DNA of 64,000 nucleotides from Myxococcota bacterium (GCA_039208735.1 JBCCQY010000026.1:11766-75765), one strand, 5' to 3'. Shown: positions 1 through 10,385, counted from the stretch's first letter. The notes: generated from the sequence alone by a model not told the origin. Numbers and translations: made by a program.

Positions 1-1989
1 GCCTCGCAGGTGCTGAAGTTCATCGGGCCCACTCCGCCGCGAGTCGCTTTGTCGATCGTCGGCGAAATCGCGCGAGCCCTGCACAAGGTCTACCACCTGG
101 CCGGCGATGACGGACAAGCCATCCAGCTCATCCACCGCGACATCAAAGCTGCGAATGTCGCGATTACGCGCGAAGGCGACGTCAAAATCCTCGACTTTGG
201 AATCGCTCGGGCCAACTTCTCCGCACGGGAGAGTTCGACCCTTCAGAATGCAGGCCCCGACGGGACGGTTGGCTACATCGCGCCGGAGCGGTTTGAAGGG
301 CTGGAGGGTCCCGAGGGCGACATCTACTCGCTTGGGGTCACACTGTACGTGATGCTCACGCGGGTTCGACCTACCCACATCGACCGACGGGTGGATCACC
401 CCGAGGCGGCGATGCGTTCGGCGCTCGAGGTCGCGGTGTCGATGTGCGAACTCAACGCCGAAAAACGCCCGACAGCTCAAGAGATCTACCGGCAGTGTCG
501 CTCTCTTGTTGAGCGCATGCCCGGCCCGTCGCTTTCGGAATGGGCGGAGCGTGTGGTGCCCGACGCCCAAGAGGCCGCTCAACGTCATTTGTCGATGTCG
601 GAAGAGGGCGACAAGCTGGGCCTGGTGGGGACCATCCTCACCGAAGAGCCAAGCAAGAAGCCGATCATGACGGCAGCGCCGGTCACTCCTCCGGGACGAC
701 CGGCCCGGGTCGAGGCTCCGCCTCCCGCCACGCCAATGCCTTCGGCGGAGGGGGATTCTCCACGTCTTCGCGTCAAGACGACCAAAGTACGTGTGCCCAC
801 AGGCGATGTGGCTCGGGGGTCCCGTCCTCCTGCCCCGCCTCGCGCGAACCAGCCCCGGTCCGGGGTCACCCGCGACCCCACCCGTCCACCCTCGGCGGTT
901 CGCCAGGCCACGCCGTCGCGGACGCCGGGCAGCATTCCCCCCGCCCATCGTTCGGTCCCGCCGCCGCCGAGCCGCACGCGCAAGCCCAACCCTTCGTTGC
1001 CGCCCCGTTCGCGAACGCCAGTTCCCACCGGTGCCCGTCGACGTACGCCGATTCCGTCCGGGGCGATTCATCGCACGCCCGTTTCTGCGGGAGCGCGCCA
1101 GCATGGTCCACCTTCGGTCGTGCCGAGGGTCGATCGCACAAACCCTGGCCCCGAGCTGACGAACTCTGGCCGTGAGCGCACGAATCCCGGTCGGGACCGC
1201 ACAAACCCAGGCCGTGAACGCACGAACCCCCGGCGTGAGTGGACGAATCCTGGCCGTGAGCGCACAAATCCGCGGTACGACACGGGCACCATTCGGCGGA
1301 ATCGGACGCAGCCACGGACCGATGCGCGAATCGAAATTGGCAATACGGGGTCGCGATTCACGACCTCCGAACGTCCGGCGCGCCCCTCACGCTTTCTGGC
1401 CGCGGGGTTCGCCGGGGTGCTCACGGCGGTAGGCTTGCTTGCGGTCCTCGCTGTGGGGGCACTGTGGGTGGCGGAGAATCGCCCAGAGTGGCTTGATGCG
1501 GCGGGGGTCGATCCTGCGCTCCTCGAGATTCCGGTATGGATGATCCCCGGCGGACTGTCGGCCGATCCAGAGGTGGTGGACCCAGAAGAACCCACCGCCC
1601 AGCCGGTGCCCGCCCCGACCGCGAAGGCACCTCGGGCGGCGAAATCGGCTTCGGCGGCGCCCCAACCTGATGCCACTCCCGACCCCGTTGAGCCGTCGCC
1701 GGCAAGCGAAGGGGCCTCTGCCGACCAAGTTGGGGTGCGACTGATGTTCCAGCCCGCGGGCGTGGATGTGACCGTCGACGGTCGGGAAGTCGTGTTGGAT
1801 TCCCCACGTTCGACGACCATCACGCTGCCTGTGGGCACGCGTTCCTTTCAGTTCGTGACGCCCGATGGGGTGAAGCTTGCGCGGACCATCGACGTCGGTG
1901 GCGAATTGGGGTCTACGCTCATCGAACTTCGAGACGGCGCGCTGTCGACTTGCCGACCGCCATCCGGCATTACCCGGTGCACCCAGTAA
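1..1989 (+). CDS. Membrane-anchored Hanks-type Ser/Thr protein kinase (5' truncated by window edge)
   Basis: HRDIKAAN, VKILDFGIA, GTVGYIAPE, DIYSLG motifs; long Pro/Arg/Thr linker; TM helix; small C-terminal PEGA-like beta domain. Confidence 0.95.
   Translation, partial: ASQVLKFIGPTPPRVALSIVGEIARALHKVYHLAGDDGQAIQLIHRDIKAANVAITREGDVKILDFGIARANFSARESSTLQNAGPDGTVGYIAPERFEGLEGPEGDIYSLGVTLYVMLTRVRPTHIDRRVDHPEAAMRSALEVAVSMCELNAEKRPTAQEIYRQCRSLVERMPGPSLSEWAERVVPDAQEAAQRHLSMSEEGDKLGLVGTILTEEPSKKPIMTAAPVTPPGRPARVEAPPPATPMPSAEGDSPRLRVKTTKVRVPTGDVARGSRPPAPPRANQPRSGVTRDPTRPPSAVRQATPSRTPGSIPPAHRSVPPPPSRTRKPNPSLPPRSRTPVPTGARRRTPIPSGAIHRTPVSAGARQHGPPSVVPRVDRTNPGPELTNSGRERTNPGRDRTNPGRERTNPRREWTNPGRERTNPRYDTGTIRRNRTQPRTDARIEIGNTGSRFTTSERPARPSRFLAAGFAGVLTAVGLLAVLAVGALWVAENRPEWLDAAGVDPALLEIPVWMIPGGLSADPEVVDPEEPTAQPVPAPTAKAPRAAKSASAAPQPDATPDPVEPSPASEGASADQVGVRLMFQPAGVDVTVDGREVVLDSPRSTTITLPVGTRSFQFVTPDGVKLARTIDVGGELGSTLIELRDGALSTCRPPSGITRCTQ
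1132..1275 (+). repeat. 21-nt / 7-aa tandem repeat, consensus GRERTNP, about 7 copies, inside the kinase linker
   Basis: DRTNP-GPELTNS-GRERTNP-GRDRTNP-GRERTNP-RREWTNP-GRERTNP, with synonymous differences between copies. Confidence 0.9.
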
Positions 1990-2106
1990 GCTTCCTTGCC
2001 GATTTGGCTTGTTACGCCATGGAAGAAGGCTGAGTTGAAGCGAAACGCGGCCCGACCCGGTGGCACATTTGCGCGCAACCGGTGTCCGGATGGAGGAGGA
2101 GGTCAC

Positions 2107-2781
2107 ATGAGGATTTCTTGGCTGTCGGCGGCGTTGTTGGCCGGCTGTGTGATTGACGCCCCCAACATTGACACCGACGACACCCCTGAGGCCTTCGGTG
2201 AGGGGACCATTGAAGTGAGTTGGCGGGTCGGGTCTTCGGGCTGCGAGTTGGCCGAAGTAACCGATGTGCAAATCCAAATCGGTGATCTCGAGCGGACCAT
2301 TCCCTGCACGACCGGCGAAACGAGCCTGCAGCTGCTCGCGGGGGATTACGCGCTGCTCGCCACGGGGCTCGATGCAAGCGGGGTCGCGCGTTTCGAAGCG
2401 CGCGAAGAGCTAGTCAGCGTCTTCGAAGGCGAGACCACGGTCGTTCCGACGCTTCGCCTTTCCGCGCTGCCGGCGACCCTGACGTTGTTCTGGAAGTTCG
2501 AAAACGGCTCGCTATGCGGAGCCAACGGCGTCGATAGCATCGACATCGCGCTGTTCAACAATGAACAGATCGTCGCCCCCTTCCCCATCAAGACCGAGTG
2601 TTCGGATGGCGAAGAGGTCTTCCCCGGAATTCCCGCGGGCAGCTACGTCGTGTCGATGCTCGGTCTGAACGCCGACGACCAGGCCGACTTCGAAGCTCGT
2701 CAGGACGTGACGCTGCTTCGCGGCGAAGAGGCGTCCTTCGAACTCGAGCTGGTCGCCCTCGACTCTGACGACGTTCCGTAG
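2107..2781 (+). CDS. Putative lipoprotein with two internally repeated Cys-containing beta domains
   Basis: GGAGG RBS, lipobox LLAGC, duplicated W..g..C...gV..i...C..g pattern. Confidence 0.7.
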   Translation: MRISWLSAALLAGCVIDAPNIDTDDTPEAFGEGTIEVSWRVGSSGCELAEVTDVQIQIGDLERTIPCTTGETSLQLLAGDYALLATGLDASGVARFEAREELVSVFEGETTVVPTLRLSALPATLTLFWKFENGSLCGANGVDSIDIALFNNEQIVAPFPIKTECSDGEEVFPGIPAGSYVVSMLGLNADDQADFEARQDVTLLRGEEASFELELVALDSDDVP

Positions 2782-2784
2782 CGC

Positions 2785-3366
2785 CTAGCGCTCTACGAGC
2801 TTGACGCCTTGGGCGGCGGCGAGGTCCTTGAGGGCTTCGTGGCCGGCCCGCTTACGCGCCAGCGGCTTGGCCCAACCCGGAAACGAACCGCCCGGGTCAG
2901 CGTGCCAGACGTAGCGCACGGCGGTTTGGGTTCCCTTGGGCGTGAGCCGCCACTCGCCTTCGAACTTGGAAAGGCGAACCGCTCCCTTGGCTTCGGGGGC
3001 CTTGGGATGGGTCACGGGGACCCAGGAAACGCGGTGGGCATCGCCTTCGGTGCTGCGGGTGTACTTGGCCACATAGTCGCGGTCCGAGAACATCCCCGGG
3101 TAGTCGATCGTGATGTGAAGGGTGTTGTCGCCGAGTTCCACGATGGAGCGGACGAGTTCGAATTTGTCCTGGTGCTTCGGCATGTTCCACAGCGTGTCGA
3201 CCACGGTGTCGACCGGAGCATCGAGCACGCCATCGGCACGGCACCAGAAGTCGCCAGCGACTTCGGCGCATTCAACATGGACGAGGTCGTCGCGGACCGT
3301 CTCCCAACCGGCGTTATCGCCGGGCAGAGCGGCTTGTGCGACTGCAAATCCCAAGAATGCGAGCAT
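2785..3366 (-). CDS. START/SRPBCC-domain lipid-binding protein, exported
   Basis: YPGMFSDRDY, GEWRLTP, DPGGSFPGW START signatures; signal peptide. Confidence 0.8.
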   Translation of the reverse strand: MLAFLGFAVAQAALPGDNAGWETVRDDLVHVECAEVAGDFWCRADGVLDAPVDTVVDTLWNMPKHQDKFELVRSIVELGDNTLHITIDYPGMFSDRDYVAKYTRSTEGDAHRVSWVPVTHPKAPEAKGAVRLSKFEGEWRLTPKGTQTAVRYVWHADPGGSFPGWAKPLARKRAGHEALKDLAAAQGVKLVER

Positions 3367-3403
3367 CGGTCCTCCTTCGTGCGCCCGTAACGACGACCGA
3401 GCC

Positions 3404-4876
3404 CTAGTTCACGGTCACTCGAACGCCCTGACTCTCGACTGCTCCCTTCAACACCACGCTCACGGCCCATGTTCCAGGCTCGAGTGTCACGTTCGGCGTC
3501 TGGACGATCCGGTCGAAGGTCGTCGTGGGACTCGGGGCAGGCTCGGCACGGTAGATCACGTAGCTTCGCACCGCTTCGGGGGTTGGATGCGACAACGTGA
3601 CCCCCCCCTCGACGAGTTCAACGGTGGGCGGGGCGGCAGGCTCGGTGTGCCGGCTCGCCAGCGGCAGGGCGGGCGCCGCGTAGAGTTCGCTAAGCAGATT
3701 GCCGATTCCTGCTTGGTTCTTCACGATGGGTGACGCCCTAAACCAGATCTGGCCCAGGGTGTTGGAGGCTTCGCGAGAGAGCCGAACCTGAGTTCGGTAC
3801 TCGGACATGGGCCATCCCGACTTGCCGGCCCGGGTCGCGTCCAGGCCCACCACCAAGGGACTCTCCGGGTTCACCTGGTCGTTCCAATAGGCGAGCAACC
3901 GATCGTAGGCCTGTCGGCGTTTGGTGGTCGGCCAGTACAATTGGGGCGCCAGGTAGTCCATCCACCCTTTGCGATGCCAAACCAACGGATCCGCATAGAG
4001 GGCTGTGACCTGGTCCATACCGGTGATCCCAGGGGGACGGCCCGGCCGGTAGATGCCAAACGGGGAGATGCCCAGGCGGCAGTGGTCGCATTTGTCGCGC
4101 ACCAAGGTCCAAATGCGTTCAACCAAGGTATCGACGTTCTGGCGACGCCAATCGGCGCGCCCGAGTTGCCCGCCCTGATTGCGATAGGCCTGGTATGTCC
4201 CCGAATCCGGGAAGGCCTTGCGTCCGCGCGGGTAGGGGTAGAAGTAGTCGTCCAGGTGAACCCCATCGATCGGATACCGGTCGAGCACGTCGCCAATGAC
4301 CTCGACGGCCCGATCCTGTACCGGCTTGGCGCCTGGATCGAGCCATGCCACCCCGCCCCAAGAGATGAGGTGTTTCTTGGCCCAAACCGAAATGTGGGAT
4401 GGATCGGTGGCTGCGCCTCGCTTGGCCGCCGCGCGGTACGGATTGAACCACGCATGGACCTCAAGCCCGCGGTCGTGAGCGGCCTCGATCATCACAGAAA
4501 GTGGGTCGTAACCAGGGTCTCGGCCTTGCCGACCCGAGAGGAATCGCGACCAGGGCTCGAGGTCGGAGGCGTACATCGCATCGCCCTCGGACCGGACTTG
4601 GAACACCAACGTGTTGAGCCCACGGTCGGCGAGCGCTCCCACGAGGTTCTGCAACTCCGCTTTTCCGGTTTCCGCCGGCAAGTTCGCCCGGGAGGGAAAG
4701 TCCAGGTTGAAGACGGTGGCAATCCACACCCCCCGAAACTCCCGGGGCGCCTGAACGTCGACCAGGTCGATGGGTTCGGGCTCGGGCTCGGGAGCGGGTC
4801 CCGGATCCGGCGCAGGGGCCTTGTTGCCGGTTCGCGCGCAGCTAAGAAGCAGCGCCAGCGAGGCGGTCACAATCAC
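3404..4876 (-). CDS. Glycoside hydrolase GHL10 (YddW/DigH-like) lipoprotein
   Basis: REFRGVWIATVFNLDFP, EVHAWFNPYR, IDGVHLDDYFYPY, DYLAPQLYW. Confidence 0.9.
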   Translation of the reverse strand: MIVTASLALLLSCARTGNKAPAPDPGPAPEPEPEPIDLVDVQAPREFRGVWIATVFNLDFPSRANLPAETGKAELQNLVGALADRGLNTLVFQVRSEGDAMYASDLEPWSRFLSGRQGRDPGYDPLSVMIEAAHDRGLEVHAWFNPYRAAAKRGAATDPSHISVWAKKHLISWGGVAWLDPGAKPVQDRAVEVIGDVLDRYPIDGVHLDDYFYPYPRGRKAFPDSGTYQAYRNQGGQLGRADWRRQNVDTLVERIWTLVRDKCDHCRLGISPFGIYRPGRPPGITGMDQVTALYADPLVWHRKGWMDYLAPQLYWPTTKRRQAYDRLLAYWNDQVNPESPLVVGLDATRAGKSGWPMSEYRTQVRLSREASNTLGQIWFRASPIVKNQAGIGNLLSELYAAPALPLASRHTEPAAPPTVELVEGGVTLSHPTPEAVRSYVIYRAEPAPSPTTTFDRIVQTPNVTLEPGTWAVSVVLKGAVESQGVRVTVN

Positions 4877-4896
4877 GTGCGGTCTCCTGGGACGGG

Positions 4897-6750
4897 TCAG
4901 GTCAGGATGGCGGTCGAGGCGTCGACGGCGGTGCCGATGGGCTCCGCACGGCCTCCCAAGTGTTCAGCGAGAAACGCTTCGGCCAATGCCACGAAGGCGA
5001 GACGGTTGGTCTCGCGTACGAAGCCGTGGCCCTCATCAGGGAAAAGTGCATAGCGAACAGGGATATTGCGCTCTCGAAGTGCTGAGACAATCTGCTCGGA
5101 CTCGGCCACCTTGACCCGAGGGTCGTTGGCCCCCTGGGCGATGAGAAGTGGCTTGGATAGCTTGTCCACCCTTGACAACGGGGACCGTGCCCAGAGCTCG
5201 GCTCGGCCTTCTTCCGTTTGATCGTCACCCACGCGGGCAAGCAGGAGACTCTTCAGCGGAGCCCAGTACGGAGGAATGCTCCCAAGCAGGGTGAGAAGAT
5301 TGCTTGGTCCCACAATGTCGATGCCGCATGCAAAGATCTCGGGCGTAAACGTCAGCCCCACCAGGGTCGCGTAACCGCCGTAGCTCCCGCCCATGATGGC
5401 CACCTGACCGCGCGTGGTGATGCCTTCGTCGATGGCCCAGTTCACGGCGTCGATGAGATCGTCATGCATCTTGCCGGACCATTCGCGATCGCCGGCGTTG
5501 AGGAAGGCCTTACCAAATCCGGTTGAACCTCGGAAGTTGACCGCGAGCACGGCGTAGCCGCGATTGGCGAGCAGCTGGGCATAGGCATCGTACTTGGGGG
5601 AGTCGCGGGCCCAAGGTCCACCGTGAACCTTGAGAACCATCGGTCGTGGACCCTGTGCGTTCGGGCGATGGAGGTAGCCGACCATGGACCATCCGTCCCG
5701 GCTTTCAATCGAAACCCCTTCTTGGCGCACTAAGGGCAAGCCAACCAGTCCTTTTCGCTGCACGAAAAGGTCGGTGAGGGTCCCCGATGCAGGTTCGAAG
5801 AGCGCGTAGGTCGAGGGCCCGTCGGAACGTTCCCACAGCACAACCCAGCGTTGGTCGTCATGACTGCGGTCGACAAGCCGAAACATCCCTTCGCGCTCAG
5901 GCAGGCGGTCCAATGCCGTCTGGAGCAGATCATCCAGCACGTGCGGGTTGGGGCCGATCCGGGTGCTGACCGCTAGCTGGACCACTCCGGTCGCGGGATG
6001 CGCCCACCATTGGGTGACGTCGGCATCCTCGTCCTCGGCCAAGACTGTTCGCGTGCCGTCCGCGTCGATGGCCACGAGCGCCGCCGTGTTTCGACCCCGG
6101 CTGTCGATCCAGTACCAGCGCCTCCCGTCCGCGGTGCAGCAAACCGGCGCCGTGGTCAGGCTGTCGGCCAAGTCCAGCGCGCTATCGAGCTGCCATTCGT
6201 CACCCTTCCTGGCGAAAATCTCGGTGCCCCCTGCATCGTTCGTACGGCGGGCAAACCGTGGTTTAAACTCCCAATCCACTCCGATGGACGTGAATTGGTC
6301 ATTTTGTAGGATGAGGCTTCGCTTTCCGGAGTCGAGGTCAATGGTCACCAAATCGTGAAATCGTGGATCGCGATCGTTGAGACCAAGGAGCACCGTGCGG
6401 GGGTGGCGGGGCGATGGCTGAAGCAGCCGGGCTTGGACCTCCGGAAGGGCTACGAGCGTCGTCTGCGCGCCGTCGACCGTGATGGCCCGGACTTGCCAGT
6501 TCTCGTCGCCCTCCGCGTCCGACACGAACACGAGCGTGAGCGAATCCGGCATCCAGTGATAGTCGCGGACCCCATGTTGCTGGGTGAGCGCTTTGGCAGG
6601 AACCTCCAGCGCATCGACCGACTGCAGGAAGAGTTCCAAAGCGCCGTTGATGGGTGCCAAGAATGCAAGCCATTGGCCATCAGGGCTGATGGAGACGCTC
6701 GTATGGTCCGGATCCCCGAAGAGATCGGCTCGGGGAATCAACGCATCCAC
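4897..6750 (-). CDS. S9 family (prolyl oligopeptidase/acylaminoacyl) peptidase
   Basis: VHGGPW, GGSYGG nucleophile, GANDPRV, DEGHGF catalytic triad. Confidence 0.95.
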   Translation of the reverse strand: MDALIPRADLFGDPDHTSVSISPDGQWLAFLAPINGALELFLQSVDALEVPAKALTQQHGVRDYHWMPDSLTLVFVSDAEGDENWQVRAITVDGAQTTLVALPEVQARLLQPSPRHPRTVLLGLNDRDPRFHDLVTIDLDSGKRSLILQNDQFTSIGVDWEFKPRFARRTNDAGGTEIFARKGDEWQLDSALDLADSLTTAPVCCTADGRRWYWIDSRGRNTAALVAIDADGTRTVLAEDEDADVTQWWAHPATGVVQLAVSTRIGPNPHVLDDLLQTALDRLPEREGMFRLVDRSHDDQRWVVLWERSDGPSTYALFEPASGTLTDLFVQRKGLVGLPLVRQEGVSIESRDGWSMVGYLHRPNAQGPRPMVLKVHGGPWARDSPKYDAYAQLLANRGYAVLAVNFRGSTGFGKAFLNAGDREWSGKMHDDLIDAVNWAIDEGITTRGQVAIMGGSYGGYATLVGLTFTPEIFACGIDIVGPSNLLTLLGSIPPYWAPLKSLLLARVGDDQTEEGRAELWARSPLSRVDKLSKPLLIAQGANDPRVKVAESEQIVSALRERNIPVRYALFPDEGHGFVRETNRLAFVALAEAFLAEHLGGRAEPIGTAVDASTAILT

Positions 6751-6806
6751 GTTGGCTGCCTCCTGGTCACGGGACCCACCGGTCTGGGTCCCGTTAACCA
6801 GAGGCG

Positions 6807-8282
6807 CTATTCGGGCGCGCTCTCGTCTTCGGGCGTCGCTTCTTCGCCTTCCGGCTCTTCGCCGGGCTTGGGCTGCTCGAACTTCGGATCGACCTGCTCG
6901 AGGATCGCGAAGATGATGCGGTTGTTCTGGCGGCGACCCGACTCGGTCTCGTTGTCGGCGATCGGCTTGGTCTCGCCGTAGCCGACCCCCTCGATGCGCG
7001 CGGGATCGACCCCCTGGCCCACCAGGTACTCGATGATGGTGTCCGCGTTCTTCTGCGACTCCTTGAGGTTCTCCTCATCATCGCCGGTGCTATCGGTGTG
7101 GGTCTGAACTTCGAGGCGCTTGATGCCGTCCAGGCGATTCAGAATCTTGGCGGTGTCATCGAGCGTGAGCAGGGAGGCCTTCTTGATGCGCTGGCGGCTG
7201 TCGAAGCTCACCCCTGGCACCGTGATGATCGAGTTGAGGCCGATGTAGGCGCGCTTCACGCAACCGTCCGCCCGGCGGGTATCGATGCCCTTCGGGGCCC
7301 GCTTCTCGGGGCACTCGTCGCGGTAGTCGGGCACAAGGTCGCCATCGGTGTCGATGCAGCCGTACGACTCAACCTGGCCCGCTTCGAAGTCGCACTCGTC
7401 ATCGAGATCGGCCACGAGGTCTTCGTCGGAGTCGGGGCACCCTTCGGTCACGTTGGTACCCGCGTCGTTCGGGCAGCGGTCTTCCTTATCGAGAAGCCCG
7501 TCGTCATCGTTGTCGTCGTCGGGGCAGCCGTCTTCGTCTTCGAACTCGTCGATGTCTTCGGCTTCGAGGGGACACGTATCGGACACGTCGGGGCGGCCGT
7601 CTTCGTCGTTGTCCTCGTCAGGGCAGCCGTCTTCGTCCTGGAACGTGTCGATGTCTTCAGGCTGGCCCAAGCACCGGTCGACGTCATCAGCGACGCCGTC
7701 TTTGTCTTCGTCTTTGGGGCCGATGGGGAGCCACATCAAGCCAAGGTTGAACTGGGCGTGCTGGAACGCGGTGCCCTCGTTCTCGAAGTTGTCGCTGCCG
7801 ATGGTCACGAGCCACCGGACTTCTCCACGCAAGGCCAGCGGGCCGAGGGGAACGAGCAGTCCCGGGCCCGCGATGGCGGCAAAATCGATGTCGGTGCCAT
7901 CGAATGGCAGGCCCAGGGCCCCGTTGTCGTCGATCGACTTGATGAAGGGGCCCGCACCGACATTGAAGATCAAGTTGATCGGCTGATCGACGAGGACTCG
8001 GCCGACGAAATTCGCCGCGGGCAATACGCCAAAATAATCAAAGGTATCGGGCGTTCCCACCTGAGTCTGGCCGAACGGCGTCAATGAAACATCCAGCTCG
8101 ATGCCCACGTTTTCGTCAGGCCAGAAGCTGATGCGCGGGTTGAGCACGACCGCGTCACCGATGACTTCGCCGCGTTGGACGACCAGAGCGCCGCTCGAGA
8201 TCCCGAAGCCGAACGTGCTGTCGGCGGCGTGGCTCGTGGTCGATGTGGTGAGCATCGTAAAGAGTAGGGAAATCGACATCAT
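6807..8282 (-). CDS. OmpA-family outer membrane protein with thrombospondin type-3 (Ca-binding) repeats
   Basis: Signal peptide, barrel-like N-terminus, DxDxDG..D.CP repeats, OmpA C-terminus (HTDSTG...GYGETKPIADN...GRRQNNRI). Confidence 0.9.
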   Translation of the reverse strand: MMSISLLFTMLTTSTTSHAADSTFGFGISSGALVVQRGEVIGDAVVLNPRISFWPDENVGIELDVSLTPFGQTQVGTPDTFDYFGVLPAANFVGRVLVDQPINLIFNVGAGPFIKSIDDNGALGLPFDGTDIDFAAIAGPGLLVPLGPLALRGEVRWLVTIGSDNFENEGTAFQHAQFNLGLMWLPIGPKDEDKDGVADDVDRCLGQPEDIDTFQDEDGCPDEDNDEDGRPDVSDTCPLEAEDIDEFEDEDGCPDDDNDDDGLLDKEDRCPNDAGTNVTEGCPDSDEDLVADLDDECDFEAGQVESYGCIDTDGDLVPDYRDECPEKRAPKGIDTRRADGCVKRAYIGLNSIITVPGVSFDSRQRIKKASLLTLDDTAKILNRLDGIKRLEVQTHTDSTGDDEENLKESQKNADTIIEYLVGQGVDPARIEGVGYGETKPIADNETESGRRQNNRIIFAILEQVDPKFEQPKPGEEPEGEEATPEDESAPE

Positions 8283-8492
8283 GTGGCTGGCTCCGCTGAC
8301 CACCAGGGCCCTCAGGCGAGAACCCTGAGAGCGCGCGAGTTGGCCGTGCATCTTGGCAAGGTACGCCCTCACGTGCAAGCTCGCGAGGGTCCGGGGAGGT
8401 TGGTCCTGGGCCCCCGAGACCCCGATGAAGTGAAGCGATTCGCGCACTTGTTCACCCGAAGACCGCCGGCTACGTCGAATGCCGAGGTGAAC

Positions 8493-8951
8493 ATGGGCAT
8501 CGTCGAGCAGGTCAACGACCAAATGAAAGACGCGATGCGGGCGAAGGACAAAGCACGGCTGGCAGGTCTCAAAGGGATCCGGGCCGCGTTTATTGAAGCC
8601 CTGAAAGAAGAGGGGGCCGGTGACACGCTGCCGGACGACGTTGCTGTCGGGATCCTGCGGCGCCTGGCGAAGCAGCGACGCGAAAGCATCACGGCGTATG
8701 AAGCCGGTGGTCGCGACGATCTGGTCGATCAAGAGAAGACCGAGTTGGCCGTGATCGAGGCGTTTTTGCCCAGTCTTGCAGACGAGGCCACCACCCGCAC
8801 CTGGGTCGAGGAGGCCATTGCCAAGACGGGAGCTGCGTCTCCGGCCGACATGGGCAAGGTCATGGGGGCCCTCATGGGAGCTCACAAAGGCGAGTTGGAC
8901 GGGGCGTTGGCCAACAAGATCGTGCGTGAGCTGCTCGCGGGCGGAGCGTGA
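8493..8951 (+). CDS. GatB/YqeY domain protein
   Basis: MKDAMRAKDK...KQRRESI..YE.GGR.DL...E..EL.VI..FLP, DMGKVMG; GAGGTG RBS. Confidence 0.92.
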   Translation: MGIVEQVNDQMKDAMRAKDKARLAGLKGIRAAFIEALKEEGAGDTLPDDVAVGILRRLAKQRRESITAYEAGGRDDLVDQEKTELAVIEAFLPSLADEATTRTWVEEAIAKTGAASPADMGKVMGALMGAHKGELDGALANKIVRELLAGGA

Positions 8952-9415
8952 ACCCCTACCAGAGTCCCCAGCGGGCTGAAGGGGCAGCGGAGGACCTGCT
9001 CGACGACCCCACCGCGATCCGCCCAACCGTCATCGGGCAGGCGGCGGGGGTGGTCACGATGATGGGCGGCGCAACGTTGGCGCTCGGTGCGGTGCAACTG
9101 GCCACGATGTTCCTGTTGCGCACCGGTGAGATGGGGACGGTGGCGCTCCTGTTCACTGGCGGATTGGTGTTGTTGGGACTGGGTCCCGCCGTGATGAAAA
9201 GCCGTCATGGGGCGACCGTCATCGTCACGATGATCGGTGCCGTAGCGACGTTGCTGACCGGTGGTTGGGTGGCCTACGCCTTGATCTACGGCGGTGCGTT
9301 GTCGCTGTTGTTGATGTTCGGGGTCGCGATCAGTGCGCTTGCAACGCTGCTGGCGGCCATTGCCATTGGACCGGCGGGGCGTGTGACCGCCGCCCGCGCC
9401 CAGCTCTACGAGTAA
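8948..9415 (+). CDS. Hypothetical 4-TM membrane protein
   Basis: NPYQSP N-terminal motif, four hydrophobic segments, overlaps upstream stop codon. Confidence 0.7.
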   Translation: MNPYQSPQRAEGAAEDLLDDPTAIRPTVIGQAAGVVTMMGGATLALGAVQLATMFLLRTGEMGTVALLFTGGLVLLGLGPAVMKSRHGATVIVTMIGAVATLLTGGWVAYALIYGGALSLLLMFGVAISALATLLAAIAIGPAGRVTAARAQLYE

Positions 9416-9419
9416 AACC

Positions 9420-10385
9420 ATGCACGCGTTCGTGGTGGAGGACGGGGGCGCCCTCGTCTGGAAGGACGTTCCCACGCCGGAGCCCGGTCCTGGCGAAGTT
9501 CGGATCCGAGTGACCGCAGCGGGTCTCAACCGTGCGGATCTTCTTCAGCGGAAGGGCTTTTACCCGCCCCCGCCAGGCGCTTCGCCGTATTTGGGCCTTG
9601 AGTGCAGTGGCACCATCGAGGCCCTTGGTCCGGGAGTGGACGGGGTTGCGCTGGGTGATCCGGTGTGCGCGCTGCTTGCGGGCGGAGGCTACGCCGAGTT
9701 CGTGGTCTGCCCGATCGGACAGGTCCTGCCGGTTCCCGATGGGGTGTCGTTGGCCGATGCGGCAGGTTTGCCCGAGGTCTGGGCCACAACGTGGATGGTG
9801 TTGGAGCAGCAAGCTCGTTTTACGCCGGGGTCCTCGGTGCTCGTGCACGGCGCGGGGGGCGGGGTGGGCCTCACACTGGTGCAGTGGATTCGGATTCGTC
9901 AGGGGCGAAGCTTCGCAATTGCAGGTGACGAAGCCAAGCTCGCGCGGTGCCGCGAACTTGGTGCGTCCGGCACCGCCAATCGTCATGAGGGCCCGTGGCG
10001 GCCGGCCGTTCAGGCCTGGGCTCCCGAAGGTGTCGACGTGGTCGTGGACCCGGTTGGGGCATCGGCACTGGCCGATCACCAGCAGATCCTCGCCGTCGGA
10101 GGTCGCGTCGTGGTGATCGGATTGCTTGGGGGTCGCGAGGCGACGCTCGACTTTGGCCGCCTCCTGGTCAAGCGCCAGTCCATCATTGGAACCGTGTTGC
10201 GGGCTCGGCCGGTCCATGAAAAGGCCGAGATCGTCCAACAGCTGCAACGCGAGGTATGGCCGCGGATCGCTTCGGGAGACCTCGACGTGGGGGTCACGCG
10301 GGTGGTTCCTCGTGACGAGGCCGATGCCGCACATCAGGCCATGGCGACGAACGCGACCACGGGCAAGTGGGTCATCCGCCTCTAG
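9420..10385 (+). CDS. NAD(P)H:quinone oxidoreductase, PIG3/zeta-crystallin family
   Basis: AAGLNRADLLQRKGFYPPP, GLECSG, VLVHGAGGGVG. Confidence 0.93.
   Translation: MHAFVVEDGGALVWKDVPTPEPGPGEVRIRVTAAGLNRADLLQRKGFYPPPPGASPYLGLECSGTIEALGPGVDGVALGDPVCALLAGGGYAEFVVCPIGQVLPVPDGVSLADAAGLPEVWATTWMVLEQQARFTPGSSVLVHGAGGGVGLTLVQWIRIRQGRSFAIAGDEAKLARCRELGASGTANRHEGPWRPAVQAWAPEGVDVVVDPVGASALADHQQILAVGGRVVVIGLLGGREATLDFGRLLVKRQSIIGTVLRARPVHEKAEIVQQLQREVWPRIASGDLDVGVTRVVPRDEADAAHQAMATNATTGKWVIRL

Noticed and set aside
1132..1275. Short direct repeats as a possible CRISPR array
   Set aside because: 21-nt period with no unique spacers, in-frame within a CDS, no cas genes.
8283..9026. N-terminal extensions in the ORF track (OmpA ORF to 9026; also 38800-42102 and 41155 starts)
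   Set aside because: They overlap genuine opposite-strand genes; signal peptides indicate later starts.
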